Of a stretch of DNA of 64,000 bases, positions 44,121 through 53,574 are shown piece after piece. Each line of letters begins with the position of its first letter. Within the stretch, counting starts at the first letter, position 1. A program made the translations under genes and the position numbers. The notes under the pieces are model-generated. The model worked only from the letters and a program-made list of their open reading frames with translations, had not been told where the DNA came from and did no database searches. This DNA comes from an uncultured delta proteobacterium (GTDB taxonomy: Bacteria > Myxococcota_A > Polyangia > Palsa-1104): the NCBI GenBank assembly GCA_963785725.1, contig CAWAWS010000039.1, positions 64,001-128,000 of the forward strand, written 5' to 3'.

Positions 44121-44867
44121 CCAACCAGCTTCGGTTCGACTTCGCCGGCACCTCGGTCCTGGTGACCGGCGGGACCAGCGGCATCGGGCACGCCATCGCC
44201 TCGGCCTTCTCGGGCTCCGGCGCTGACGTCACCGTCACGGGCACCCGTCCCGATGCCGGCCACTACGACGTCGATCTGTCCCCCTTCTCCTACCGGTCGA
44301 CTCGAGATGCGCGACCACGGCGCCGTCGAGGAGCTCATCGGGGAGATCGACCGGCTCGACGTGCTCGTGAACAACGCCGGCGCGAACTTTCCCGACGGGC
44401 GTGACGAATGGGACCCCGATGGCTTTTCGGCCGCCCTCGATCTCAACGTGGAGGGTGCCATGCGCCTGACCGTGGGGCTCAGGGCGGCACTCGGCGCCAG
44501 CACCATGACAGGGGGCGCCAGCGTCGTCAATCTCGTGTCAATGACGGCGTTCCGTTCGACCACGATCGTGCCCGGCTACGCCGCCGCCAAGGCAGCCCTG
44601 CTCACGCTGACCCGGAATCTGGCCGCCTACTGGGCCGAAGACGGCATCCGGGTGAACGCCGTGGCCCCAGGCCTGATCGACACCCCGATGACCGCACCGA
44701 TGCAGGCCTTCCCGCAACTGCTGGAGGGCGAGCTAGCCCGTGCGATCCTGCCGCGCATGGGCACCCCGGCCGAGGTGGCGGCGGCCGTCCTCTTCCTCTC
44801 GAGCGAGCCCGCGGCGTTCATCACCGGGAGCACCCTGGCCGTCGACGGCGGCTACCTCGCCAATTGA
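44117..44867 (+). CDS. Short-chain dehydrogenase/reductase, frameshifted near 44295
   Basis: TGGTSGIG, NNAG, YAAAK, VDGG. Confidence 0.88.
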
Positions 44868-44877
44868 AGGAGCCGCA

Positions 44878-45225
44878 ATGGGCGACGTGATCGCGATCGA
44901 TGACCTGGGCGCCCCCGTGCTCAACGACGTCCAGCGCATGGCGATCGACTACGGGGAATCCAAGACCACCGTGCTCACGGTCGACGCCGTGTGCGACGCC
45001 GCCCGGGCGCGCACCGGCCTGGTCGACTTCGGCGACGAGGACTTCGCCGTGCGCCTCGGGCTGCAGCTGGCCGAGATGGACGCCGATGAAGAGCGCACCG
45101 GCATCGGGAGGCTGATGATGTTCGGCGACTGCGTGCGCGCCGCTTCCAACCGCCTCCTCATCCACGACTTGCTGATCCGCCATCCCGAGATCCTCGAGGT
45201 CCCGATCACCCGTCCGGTCATTGTG
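44878..45225 (+). CDS. Sulfotransferase-family protein, N-terminal fragment truncated at the junction
   Basis: RTGLVDFGD...HPEILEVPITRPVIV stops just before the expected GLPRSGTT PAPS loop. Confidence 0.7.
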
Positions 45226-45243
45226 TTCTGAGAGCTTTGACCG

Positions 45244-45295
45244 CAAAGATGTAGCGATGGGCAGCGAGGATTTTCAGCCCATCGCTACAGCTTTG
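45244..45295. terminator. Strong inverted repeat downstream of kdsC (terminator- or REP-like)
   Basis: caaag-a-tgtagcgatgggc N14 gcccatcgctaca-g-ctttg. Confidence 0.55.
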
Positions 45296-45363
45296 AGGGA
45301 AATGCTCCAAGCTCCTGGGTCCGGCCTCGGAAAATAAAGATGTCCGGCGGTTTCGGCTCATTT

Positions 45364-45918
45364 TCATTCCGAGTATTTTTCCTGAAAAGCGGCCCATTTG
45401 CCCTGTGTTTTCAGGATCAATTCCACGGTTTCCCGCACCGCGCCGCGTCCGCCGGCATTGCGGGTGACATAATGCGCCGCCGCGCGGGCCTCGGCCACGC
45501 CGTCGCCGACCGCGACCGCAAATCCGGCGCGCGTCAACGGTCCCAGATCAATGATATCGTCGCCGACAAAACACGTTTCGTCCCAGGACAATTTTTCCTG
45601 CGCCAGCAATTGTTCCACGGCCGCCCGCTTGCCAATGCCATCGCCTTGCTGCACGAGAAAATCAATTTTCAATTCATCCGCGCGCAATTTCGTCGCTGCC
45701 GAGGGGCGGGCGGAAACCCAGCCGACTTTCAGTCCGGCGCGCCGGGCCAGGACCAGGCCCAGTCCGTCGCGGATATTGAAGCGTTTGAACTCCTGCGCGC
45801 CGCCGATGAAAATGGAGCCGTCCGTCAGCACGCCATCCACGTCGCAAAGGAATAATTTGATCCGTTTAAGGCGCGCGATCAGCGGTTTGGAAATTTTCGG
45901 CATTTTTGAGCTTTTCAT
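45364..45918 (-). CDS. kdsC: Kdo-8-phosphate phosphatase
   Basis: [28 protein letters not shown]. Confidence 0.92.
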   Translation of the reverse strand: MKSSKMPKISKPLIARLKRIKLFLCDVDGVLTDGSIFIGGAQEFKRFNIRDGLGLVLARRAGLKVGWVSARPSAATKLRADELKIDFLVQQGDGIGKRAAVEQLLAQEKLSWDETCFVGDDIIDLGPLTRAGFAVAVGDGVAEARAAAHYVTRNAGGRGAVRETVELILKTQGKWAAFQEKYSE

Positions 45919-46730
45919 TTCACTGCCTCGAAAACTTTCAGCAGGCTTTTCAGCGTTGCGTTCATTTCACCCAGCGGAATCATGTTGGGCCCGTCGCTCA
46001 GGGCCTTGTCCGGTTCCGGATGCGTTTCGATGAACAGGCCATTGGCGCCCGCCGCCAGCGCCGCGCGGGCGAGCACCGGCGCAAACTCGCGCTGCCCGGC
46101 GGATTTATCGCCGCCGCCGCCGGGCAGTTGGACCGAATGCGTCGCGTCAAACACCACGGGAAAGCCGAACGATTTCATGATCGGGATCGAACGCATGTCG
46201 GCCACGAGATTATTGTAGCCGAAGGTGGTGCCGCGTTCGGTCAGGAGGATTTTTTTTCCGCCCGCGATGCGGGCTTTTTCCGCCACGCGCCCCATTTCGT
46301 TGGGCGAAAGAAACTGGCCTTTTTTCAGGTTCACAATTTTGCCGGTGGCGACCGCGGCTTCGATCAAATCCGTCTGGCGGCAGAGAAACGCGGGGATTTG
46401 CAGAATATCCACGACTTCGCCCGCGGCGGCGGCCTGGGCCTCGTTGTGAACATCGGTCAAAATCGGCACGCCAAATTCTTCGCGGATATGGGCGAGCGTT
46501 TTTAACCCCGCTTCCATGCCCGGCCCGCGAAAGGCCTTGCCGGACGTGCGGTTGGCCTTGTCGAAACTGGCCTTGAAAACGTAGAAAATGCCCAGTTGCC
46601 GGCAGGTTTTGACCAGCGACGCCGCGACTTGCCGGCAGAGTTTTTCGTTTTCAATCACGCACGGCCCGGCGATCAAAAATAACCGGCGCGGCGAATTCAG
46701 GTTTTTCCAGATGGCGGTGGAATCAAGCAC
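45915..46730 (-). CDS. kdsA: Kdo-8-phosphate synthase
   Basis: [35 protein letters not shown]. Confidence 0.96.
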   Translation of the reverse strand: MLDSTAIWKNLNSPRRLFLIAGPCVIENEKLCRQVAASLVKTCRQLGIFYVFKASFDKANRTSGKAFRGPGMEAGLKTLAHIREEFGVPILTDVHNEAQAAAAGEVVDILQIPAFLCRQTDLIEAAVATGKIVNLKKGQFLSPNEMGRVAEKARIAGGKKILLTERGTTFGYNNLVADMRSIPIMKSFGFPVVFDATHSVQLPGGGGDKSAGQREFAPVLARAALAAGANGLFIETHPEPDKALSDGPNMIPLGEMNATLKSLLKVFEAVK

Positions 46731-46765
46731 GCGGAAGTTTTGACGACTGGCGCGCCGCGCGCAAA

Positions 46766-46921
46766 TCAAATCACCGTGCCATCCGGAATCACGGCGTCCT
46801 TCGGAATGATGACGATGCCGTCGCGGATGTAGTAGCGCTCGTGGTCGAGGTTTTCCGCCTTGCCGGCGGGCGAGATGGTCACGTTGTTGCCGATGCGCGC
46901 GTTTTTATCAATGATGGCATT
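46766..46921 (-). CDS. glgC: Glucose-1-phosphate adenylyltransferase, C-terminal 51 aa only (not in the ORF track)
   Basis: Hand translation: [18 protein letters not shown]...[22 protein letters not shown]. Confidence 0.85.
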   Translation of the reverse strand, partial: NAIIDKNARIGNNVTISPAGKAENLDHERYYIRDGIVIIPKDAVIPDGTVI

Positions 46922-48222
46922 ATCAGAACCTCGACAAGATCGAAGAGTGGGCCAATCGGCTGAAAGCGGCCAATTGCGGCTCGACGCTGACGGCAGCGAA
47001 GAACGCGACCGAGCTCGGTAAGCTGTCGTTGGGTGTGAAGTTTCAAAAGGCCGATCAGCTGTTCGCCGACAAGAAGTACGAAGAGGCGGCGCGGCTTTAT
47101 GTGCAGATCATCGACGCCGATCCGCACAGCGAAGACGCCGATAAGGCGCTCAACAACGCCGCCGTCGCTTATGAAAACGTGAAGCGTTATGCGGCGGCGA
47201 CGCGGCTTTACGAGCGCATCGTCAATGATTATCCGACGTCGAAGTTCTTGGATGACGCGCTGTTTCGCACGGCCGTCAGCTATCAGAAGGCGTTCGAGTT
47301 CGATCGCGCCGAGGTCTCCTATATTCGGCTGGCCGAGGACAAGAAGTTCGCGGCTTCACCGCATCGCACCGACGCGCTTTACAACGCCGCGATCATTCTC
47401 GAGAACGATCAGAATTACGCGAAGGCGTCGGAGCTGTTCAAGAAGTACGCGGCCGATAAAGGCGTCAAGCGCGAGGATGCGTCGGAGGCGTTCTTCCGCT
47501 CGGCGATGAACCTCGAGAAGCTGCACGATTGGGACAAAGCGATCAAGACGTTTGCCGACTACGTGAAGACGTACGGAAATGATCCGAAGGGCCGCGATCG
47601 CGTGCTCGAGGCCTATTTCCGCGAGGCGACGTCGTACGAGCAGAAGCACGACAAGGCGGCGGCCGAGGCGATGTACAAGAAGATCGTGTCGCTCGGCACG
47701 ACCGCGGTGCCGGCGTCGGATCAGGCGGAATATCCGGCGCACGCGGCCTTCATTTTGACCGAGGAGAAGTTGCCGGCGGTCGAGAAGGCGAAGATCACCG
47801 GCGGTGGCAAGCAGCTGGCGGCGTCGATTCAGCGGTTCAAGACGAGCGTCAGTGACTTGGTGACCGACTACAACAAGGTCATCGCGTACCGTCGCGCGAC
47901 GTGGACGTTGGCGGCATATTTCCGTACCGGTTACTTGTACGAGCTGTTCTCCAAAGCGCTGTTGAATGCGCCATGTCCGCCCGAGGTCAAGCGTTTGGGC
48001 GCCGAGGCCTGCGACATTTATCGCGATCAGATCGAACAGACGGTCGCGGGCGTTGATGAAGAGGCAGTGAAGCGTTACGGCGTCACGTTGCAGCAAGCCG
48101 GTCAATTGGGCGTGTCGAACGAATGGACGCGTTTGGCCCGCACGCGCGCCAATGCTTACAAGCCCGACGTGTTCCCGATGACCAAAGACGAGCATATCGA
48201 TTTGCAATTGGAGTCGCCGTAA
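46921..48222 (+). CDS. TPR protein, GltD/AgmU-like, 5'-truncated at the junction
   Basis: Frame open from 46921; TPR repeats; C-terminal LLNAPCPP...YRDQIE...NEWT; position ahead of gltE/F/G-like genes. Confidence 0.72.
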   Translation, partial: YQNLDKIEEWANRLKAANCGSTLTAAKNATELGKLSLGVKFQKADQLFADKKYEEAARLYVQIIDADPHSEDADKALNNAAVAYENVKRYAAATRLYERIVNDYPTSKFLDDALFRTAVSYQKAFEFDRAEVSYIRLAEDKKFAASPHRTDALYNAAIILENDQNYAKASELFKKYAADKGVKREDASEAFFRSAMNLEKLHDWDKAIKTFADYVKTYGNDPKGRDRVLEAYFREATSYEQKHDKAAAEAMYKKIVSLGTTAVPASDQAEYPAHAAFILTEEKLPAVEKAKITGGGKQLAASIQRFKTSVSDLVTDYNKVIAYRRATWTLAAYFRTGYLYELFSKALLNAPCPPEVKRLGAEACDIYRDQIEQTVAGVDEEAVKRYGVTLQQAGQLGVSNEWTRLARTRANAYKPDVFPMTKDEHIDLQLESP

Positions 48223-49152
48223 ATGCGCCGCTTATGGTCGAGCGTCGCATTGGCGTTTGCATTGTCGTCGTCGTCGTTGGCGCTGGCGGCGCAGACGCAA
48301 TTGCCGGCGGAGACGAAGGGCGATCCCAAGCCCGACACCGACGCGGCGCAGGCGTTCCTCAAGCACGGGCGTTACGAAGACGCGATTCGTCAGTCGAAGC
48401 TGGCGCTCGGCCGCGACGAGCGTTACGTGCCGGCGATGCTCGTGCTCGCCAAAGCCTATTATTACGAGCGTAAATACGAGCTTTCGACGAGCATCATCGA
48501 TATCGCCAAGTCGATCGATGCCAATAACGCCGAGTGCTACAACCTGCTCGGCTTCATCGCGCTGACGCACGATGATCGCATCTCGGCGACGGCCGCGTTC
48601 CGCAAGGCGACCGAGCTCAATCCGCAATACGGCAACGCTTGGGATAACCTGGCGGCGCAGTATCTGTTCTCGAAGAACTACGACGGCGCGTTGCAAGCGG
48701 CGGAGAAGGCGACGGAGCTGTTGCCGTCGTTCGATAAGGCGTGGCTGAATTTGGGCTCGGCCTATCGCGGCGAGCAGCAATATGCCGATGCATTGGCGGC
48801 CTACAAAAAGGCGCTGCAGATCAATTCGGGATATGCCGACGCTTATTTCAACCTCGGTATCTTGTATCTCGATGCGAAGCAGATGCCGAATACCGACACC
48901 ATCACGAAGTTCAATACGGCGATCAATTACTTCGATCAATACAAGACGAAGGCGGGATATCGGCTGACGAAGGACGATCCGGCCGATGGCTATATCGCCG
49001 AGGCGCGCACCGGCGCCGATCGCGAGAAGAAGCGGCTCGAGCGTTTGCAGAAGCAGCAGCAGCGCGGTGAGCCGAAGCCGGCGCCGGGCGCGGCTGCGCC
49101 GGCGCATCCGGCGCCGACGTCGAAACCGACCGGAAAGATCGAGGACAAATGA
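48223..49152 (+). CDS. Secreted TPR protein, GltE/AglT-like
   Basis: Signal peptide, six or more TPRs (AWLNLGSAYR, AYFNLGILY); cluster position. Confidence 0.7.
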   Translation: MRRLWSSVALAFALSSSSLALAAQTQLPAETKGDPKPDTDAAQAFLKHGRYEDAIRQSKLALGRDERYVPAMLVLAKAYYYERKYELSTSIIDIAKSIDANNAECYNLLGFIALTHDDRISATAAFRKATELNPQYGNAWDNLAAQYLFSKNYDGALQAAEKATELLPSFDKAWLNLGSAYRGEQQYADALAAYKKALQINSGYADAYFNLGILYLDAKQMPNTDTITKFNTAINYFDQYKTKAGYRLTKDDPADGYIAEARTGADREKKRLERLQKQQQRGEPKPAPGAAAPAHPAPTSKPTGKIEDK

Positions 49153-49433
49153 GACGCGTCATCATCGCCTGCGGATTTGCGTTGGCGGCGCTGTCGTCAC
49201 GCGCCGTTCACGCGCAGGACGCGGCCGCGGCGGCGCCGAAAGTGAAAGTCGAGCGCTCGGCGTCGGGACAGAAGATTTTCCGCATCACCGAGGGCATCGT
49301 CGTCGAGGGCAAGATCCAAAAGCCCAATGCTTTTTATGTGCTTCAGCGCTCGGGGATGGATTACGATTGGGAGAGCCTAAAGCAGGACTTCTTGCCGAAG
49401 ATCCTGCAGGCGGCTTCGCATCACCCGTTCTGA
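49149..49433 (+). CDS. Small secreted GltF/CglF-like protein
   Basis: Signal peptide; VVEGKIQKPNAFYVLQR...DFLPKI. Confidence 0.7.
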   Translation: MRRVIIACGFALAALSSRAVHAQDAAAAAPKVKVERSASGQKIFRITEGIVVEGKIQKPNAFYVLQRSGMDYDWESLKQDFLPKILQAASHHPF

Positions 49434-49473
49434 TATGACGATGCCCAAGACGCCCATGATGATGGTGGACTGA

Positions 49474-50853
49474 ATGGCCAAGGCCTTGAACGTGCCGGCG
49501 GATGTCACGGCGCCGAAGATCCTGCGCATCGGCATCATCCAGAACGGCAAGATCGTCGAGGAGCGTCTCGTCCGCAAGCGCGAGAACGTGACGATCGGGC
49601 AGTCGACCAAGAATACGTTCGTCGTGCCGGCGTCGAATGCGCTGCCGCGCACGTTCACGATCTTCGAGCTCACGCCGGCCGGCTACGCCATCAACTTCTC
49701 GGATTCGATGGATGGTCGCGTGTCGTTGGGCGAGCAGGTCGTCGCGCTGACGGCGCTCAGGCAGGGCAAAGCGCAGAAGCGCGGCGAGCTCTGGCATCTG
49801 ATGCTCAACGAGCGCTCGCGCGGCAAAGTCGTCATCGGCGACGTGACCGTGCTGTTCCAGTTCGTGACGCCGCCGCCGGTGCAGCCGCGCCCGCAGCTGC
49901 CGCCGTCGGTGCGCTCGTCGCTGATCCAGAACCTGGATTGGATGTTGGTGGCGGTGTTGGCGGCGTCGTTCCTGCTGCACTTCGGCTTCGTCATCTACCT
50001 GCGCAATATCGATTGGCCGCGTAAGCCCGACATCGAAGAGATCCCCGATCGCTTCGTGCAGATGATCGTGCCCAAGAAGGTCGAAGAGCCGAAGCCCGTC
50101 GTCGCGCAGAAGGAAGACAAGCCCGACGACAAGAAAGAGGCGAAGAAGAAGGACAACGGCGAGGCGAGCAAGAAGGCGCCGCCGCCGAAGGTGCGCGATC
50201 CCGAGGCCGAGGCGCGCGCCGCGGCCGAGCGTCGCGCGCGGCTCGCCGCCGACGTGCAGAAGATGGGCGTGTTGAAGATCCTCGGCAGCAAAGGCGACAA
50301 CGGCGCCGTGGCCGACTTGGTCAAAGGCGGCGACGTGTCAGGCGACGCCGACAAAGTGTTCGCGCAGGTCGGCGGCGTCGGTGTGGCGGGCGCGGGCGCG
50401 GGCGGATTGCGCTCGGCCAAAGGCGCCGGCGGCTCGGGCACGCTGCGCGGCGGCGGCTCGTTGCGCGCGTCGGGCCCGGGCGAAGTCGGCACCGGCGAGC
50501 GTCAAGGCGAGCGCGCGGTCAAAGGCATCGTCAAGGATTCGGCGCCGACCGACGTCGACGGCACGCTCGATCCGGGCGTCATCGCCAAAGAGATCCGCGG
50601 TCGCTTGGGCGCCATCAAGGCCTGCTACGAAGCCGGCTTGAAGCGCAACCCGAGCATCGGCGGCAAAGTGCAGCTGCGCTTCGAGGTCTCGTCGGTCGGC
50701 AAAGTGACGTCGGCCGAAATCGAGAACGACACGATGCACGACGAAGAGGTCGCCAGCTGCATCAAAGCGCGCGTCTCGTCGTGGCGCTTCCCGGCGCCGG
50801 CCGGTGGATCTGTGCAGTTCTCGTATCCGTTCATCTTCCAGGCCTCCAAGTAA
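49474..50853 (+). CDS. GltG/PglI-like protein (FHA-like, TM, charged linker, TonB-C/AgmX-PglI C-terminal domain)
   Basis: IVEER..VTIGQ N-terminal domain; TM; IKACYEAGLKRNP...VASCI...WRFPAP...YPFIF. Confidence 0.82.
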   Translation: MAKALNVPADVTAPKILRIGIIQNGKIVEERLVRKRENVTIGQSTKNTFVVPASNALPRTFTIFELTPAGYAINFSDSMDGRVSLGEQVVALTALRQGKAQKRGELWHLMLNERSRGKVVIGDVTVLFQFVTPPPVQPRPQLPPSVRSSLIQNLDWMLVAVLAASFLLHFGFVIYLRNIDWPRKPDIEEIPDRFVQMIVPKKVEEPKPVVAQKEDKPDDKKEAKKKDNGEASKKAPPPKVRDPEAEARAAAERRARLAADVQKMGVLKILGSKGDNGAVADLVKGGDVSGDADKVFAQVGGVGVAGAGAGGLRSAKGAGGSGTLRGGGSLRASGPGEVGTGERQGERAVKGIVKDSAPTDVDGTLDPGVIAKEIRGRLGAIKACYEAGLKRNPSIGGKVQLRFEVSSVGKVTSAEIENDTMHDEEVASCIKARVSSWRFPAPAGGSVQFSYPFIFQASK

Positions 50854-50976
50854 TCCGGCCAATCGCCGCCTGTTCCTCCTGTATGCCGCCTATTTATACG
50901 TAATTGATGCCCAATCGGCTTGTGACCGACGTCGTGAACGTTGTCTGCCGTCGCGGCGACATACTGGTGGGCAAGG

Positions 50977-51005
50977 TTGACACCACGCGGCGCGCACCCG
51001 ATAAT
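50977..51005 (+). promoter_or_regulatory. Near-consensus sigma70 promoter for the export operon
   Basis: TTGACA-17 bp-GATAAT, 42 bp before the ATG at 51048. Confidence 0.7.
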
Positions 51006-51047
51006 GCGGGCCGTACTTGCACCTACGTATTGAGAGGGTGGACTTAA

Positions 51048-51611
51048 ATGAGCTTACGTCGTTGGCCTTTCGCAGTGGTTTTATCCGCGCTCTTGGGCGC
51101 GGGTGCTGCGTTCGCCGCGACGGCGGATGACGCCAGCAACGCCGGCATCGACTTTCGCAAGAGCATCACGCTGAGCCCGCAGGAGACCGTCGCGCAGTCC
51201 AAAGATTACGCCGCCAAGATGCGCGACACCGAGAAGCGGATCTTGGGGCTGCAGTCGCGCGCGGCCAAAGATCGCGACATGGTCAAGCTCAACTGCGTCG
51301 GCGACAAGCTGACCCAAGTGCGCGGCCACATGACGGTCACCGATCAGTCGCTGCAGACGATGAACACGGCGATCGGCAAAGGCGACGACAACGCGCGGCA
51401 GCACGAGTTCACGCGCGTGACGATTCTGTACCAGAAGGTTACGACGCTCGGCACGGAAGCCGAGCAGTGCATCGGCGAAGACGTGAGCTACGTCGGCGCC
51501 ACCACGGTCGACATCCAGGTCGATCCCAGCGTCCCGCCCGGAGATCCGACTCAACCGGATCTCCCGCTGCCTGTCGTGCAGCGACCGCCGGAGGCTTCAC
51601 CCTTCGTCTGA
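51048..51611 (+). CDS. Secreted helical hypothetical protein with two Cys and a Pro-rich tail
   Basis: Signal peptide; KLNCVGDKL, EAEQCIGE, PPEASPFV. Confidence 0.8.
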   Translation: MSLRRWPFAVVLSALLGAGAAFAATADDASNAGIDFRKSITLSPQETVAQSKDYAAKMRDTEKRILGLQSRAAKDRDMVKLNCVGDKLTQVRGHMTVTDQSLQTMNTAIGKGDDNARQHEFTRVTILYQKVTTLGTEAEQCIGEDVSYVGATTVDIQVDPSVPPGDPTQPDLPLPVVQRPPEASPFV

Positions 51612-51679
51612 TGTGAGGAGTGAGCGTTCCCGGTCGTCATTCAGGCAGTCTGCTGCGGGAAAACGCGAAACGGGGACCT

Positions 51680-52969
51680 ATGCGGCTACGTCGATACCTG
51701 TCCATTCTGATTGTCTGCCTGCTCGCGACCGCGTCGGCGACCGCGCGCGCGCAGGCTGTCGGTGGCGACGGCATCAAGCTGGGCGATACGTTCCTGTTGC
51801 ACCTCGGTATGGGCCTCGAGGTGGCATACGACACGAACCTGTTCTACGAGAACGCCAACCCGCATCGCGCCTTCGAGCTGCGCCTGACGCCGCGCTTCGA
51901 TCTCTCCAACGTTCCGCGCATCGGCGGTCGACAGTTCCAGCTCGATTTTCACGGCGGGCTCAACTACCTCGAGTATCTGACGTCGAATCCGGCCGTCGAG
52001 CAGCTGCGCCAGTTCAACGTCGACGCCGGCGTCTTGGCTTCGTTCTTCGCGCTCAATCCGTACAACTTCCAGGTCTTCGACAACTACGTGCGCTCGGCGC
52101 AGGCGCCCTATTCGCTGACCGACCACAACTTCGATCGCGACACGAACGATCTCGGCTTGCGCATCAACTTGGCGCCGGGCGGCGGCCGCCTGTCGTTCTA
52201 TATCGGCTACGTGTTCGGCATCGACTACTTCGAGCCGCAACAGCTGCAGGCGTTCAATCTCTTGTCGCATCGCTTCGACTTCCGCGCGTCGTGGAAGGTG
52301 CTGCCGAAGACCGCGATCTACATCGCGGCCACGGAAGTCCTGAACCTCTATCAAAACCAAGGAAACGGGACGAGCTCGTACGACCATCCCGACTCGTATC
52401 CGTTTCGCATCGTCGCCGGTATTCAGGGTTTGATTACGACGAAGCTGACGCTCAACGCCTATATCGGCTACGGCAACGGCTTCTATCAGACGACAAAGGC
52501 GGCAGGCCCGACGGGCATTACCACCGTCGTCAACGCGAATCCGAACACGCCCATCGGCGGCGTCGCCGTGACTTGGAAGCCGACGATTTTGTCGACGGGA
52601 ACGCTGGGCTACGATCACGACTTCGTCAACTCGCTGCTCGGCTCGTACTACGACATGGATACGGTTTACGCGACGTGGACGCAGCTGATCTGGCGCTTCA
52701 CGGCGTTCCTGCGCCTGAGCTACGCCAACGAGCGCTACAAAGGCATCACGCCGCTCACCGGCGATCTCTCGTCGACGCGCACCGACAACTACGTCACCGT
52801 CAACACGCGTGTCGATTATCCATTCCAGCGTTGGCTGTGGGGCAGCGTCGGCTATGACCTGCAGCTCAATCGCTCGAACGCAGTGCTGGACATCAATCCT
52901 GCGGCGGCGGTCGTGCCCGTGAACTATACGAAGAGCGTGGTCTATCTCCGCCTGACCGCGTGGTATTGA
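51680..52969 (+). CDS. Outer-membrane beta-barrel for polysaccharide secretion (Wzp/EpsX-like)
   Basis: Signal peptide, alternating aromatic strands, C-terminal YLRLTAWY; directly upstream of a short OPX gene. Confidence 0.75.
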   Translation: MRLRRYLSILIVCLLATASATARAQAVGGDGIKLGDTFLLHLGMGLEVAYDTNLFYENANPHRAFELRLTPRFDLSNVPRIGGRQFQLDFHGGLNYLEYLTSNPAVEQLRQFNVDAGVLASFFALNPYNFQVFDNYVRSAQAPYSLTDHNFDRDTNDLGLRINLAPGGGRLSFYIGYVFGIDYFEPQQLQAFNLLSHRFDFRASWKVLPKTAIYIAATEVLNLYQNQGNGTSSYDHPDSYPFRIVAGIQGLITTKLTLNAYIGYGNGFYQTTKAAGPTGITTVVNANPNTPIGGVAVTWKPTILSTGTLGYDHDFVNSLLGSYYDMDTVYATWTQLIWRFTAFLRLSYANERYKGITPLTGDLSSTRTDNYVTVNTRVDYPFQRWLWGSVGYDLQLNRSNAVLDINPAAAVVPVNYTKSVVYLRLTAWY

Positions 52970-52974
52970 CCCTC

Positions 52975-53574
52975 ATGTACGGCGAAAAGCGATGGCTCGT
53001 GGCCGTTGCGGCGCTCTGCGCTCTCGCAGCTTGCGCGCCGGCGAGTCGCACCGTCAACGAAGTGCCGGCGGTCGTGCCGACGGTCGACACCTCGCTCGGC
53101 GTCGGCGACAGCTTCGAGGTGCGCGTCTTCGGCGAGCCCGACCTGACCGGGCTCTATCGCGTCGGGTCGGAAGGCAATATTACGTTTCCGCTCGTCGGTG
53201 ACATTCACGTCGACGGACTGGATGCGCAGGCGGCCGCGCGGCTGATTGCGTCGAAGCTGAAGCAGGGAATGCTGCGTGATCCGCAGGTGACGGTGCTCGT
53301 CAAAGAGCAGACGTCGAAGAAGATCTACGTGCTCGGGCAGGTCGGCAAGCCGGGGACGTTTACGTATACGCCGTCGATGAGCGTCGTCGAGGCGATCACG
53401 ATCGCGGGCGGCTTCTCGCCGCTGGCGGCCAAGAACGACACGACGCTCACCCGCAACGAGTCGGGCAAGAAGACGACGCTGCGCATCCCCGTCGCCGACA
53501 TCGGTGAGGGGCGCGCGCGCAACGTCTATCTGCAGCCCGGCGATATCATCTCGGTGCCCGAGCGGCTGTTCTAA
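52975..53574 (+). CDS. wza: Short OPX polysaccharide export lipoprotein (Poly_export plus one SLBB, no OM helix)
   Basis: Lipobox LAAC; LGVGDSFEVRVFGEPDL, GNITFPLVG, GQVGKPG, LQPGDIISVPERLF. Confidence 0.88.
   Translation: MYGEKRWLVAVAALCALAACAPASRTVNEVPAVVPTVDTSLGVGDSFEVRVFGEPDLTGLYRVGSEGNITFPLVGDIHVDGLDAQAAARLIASKLKQGMLRDPQVTVLVKEQTSKKIYVLGQVGKPGTFTYTPSMSVVEAITIAGGFSPLAAKNDTTLTRNESGKKTTLRIPVADIGEGRARNVYLQPGDIISVPERLF

Noticed and set aside
45225..46921. Horizontal acquisition of kdsA/kdsC by an actinobacterium
   Set aside because: Genes are truncated at both edges and no mobility features exist; concatenation or chimerism is far more likely.
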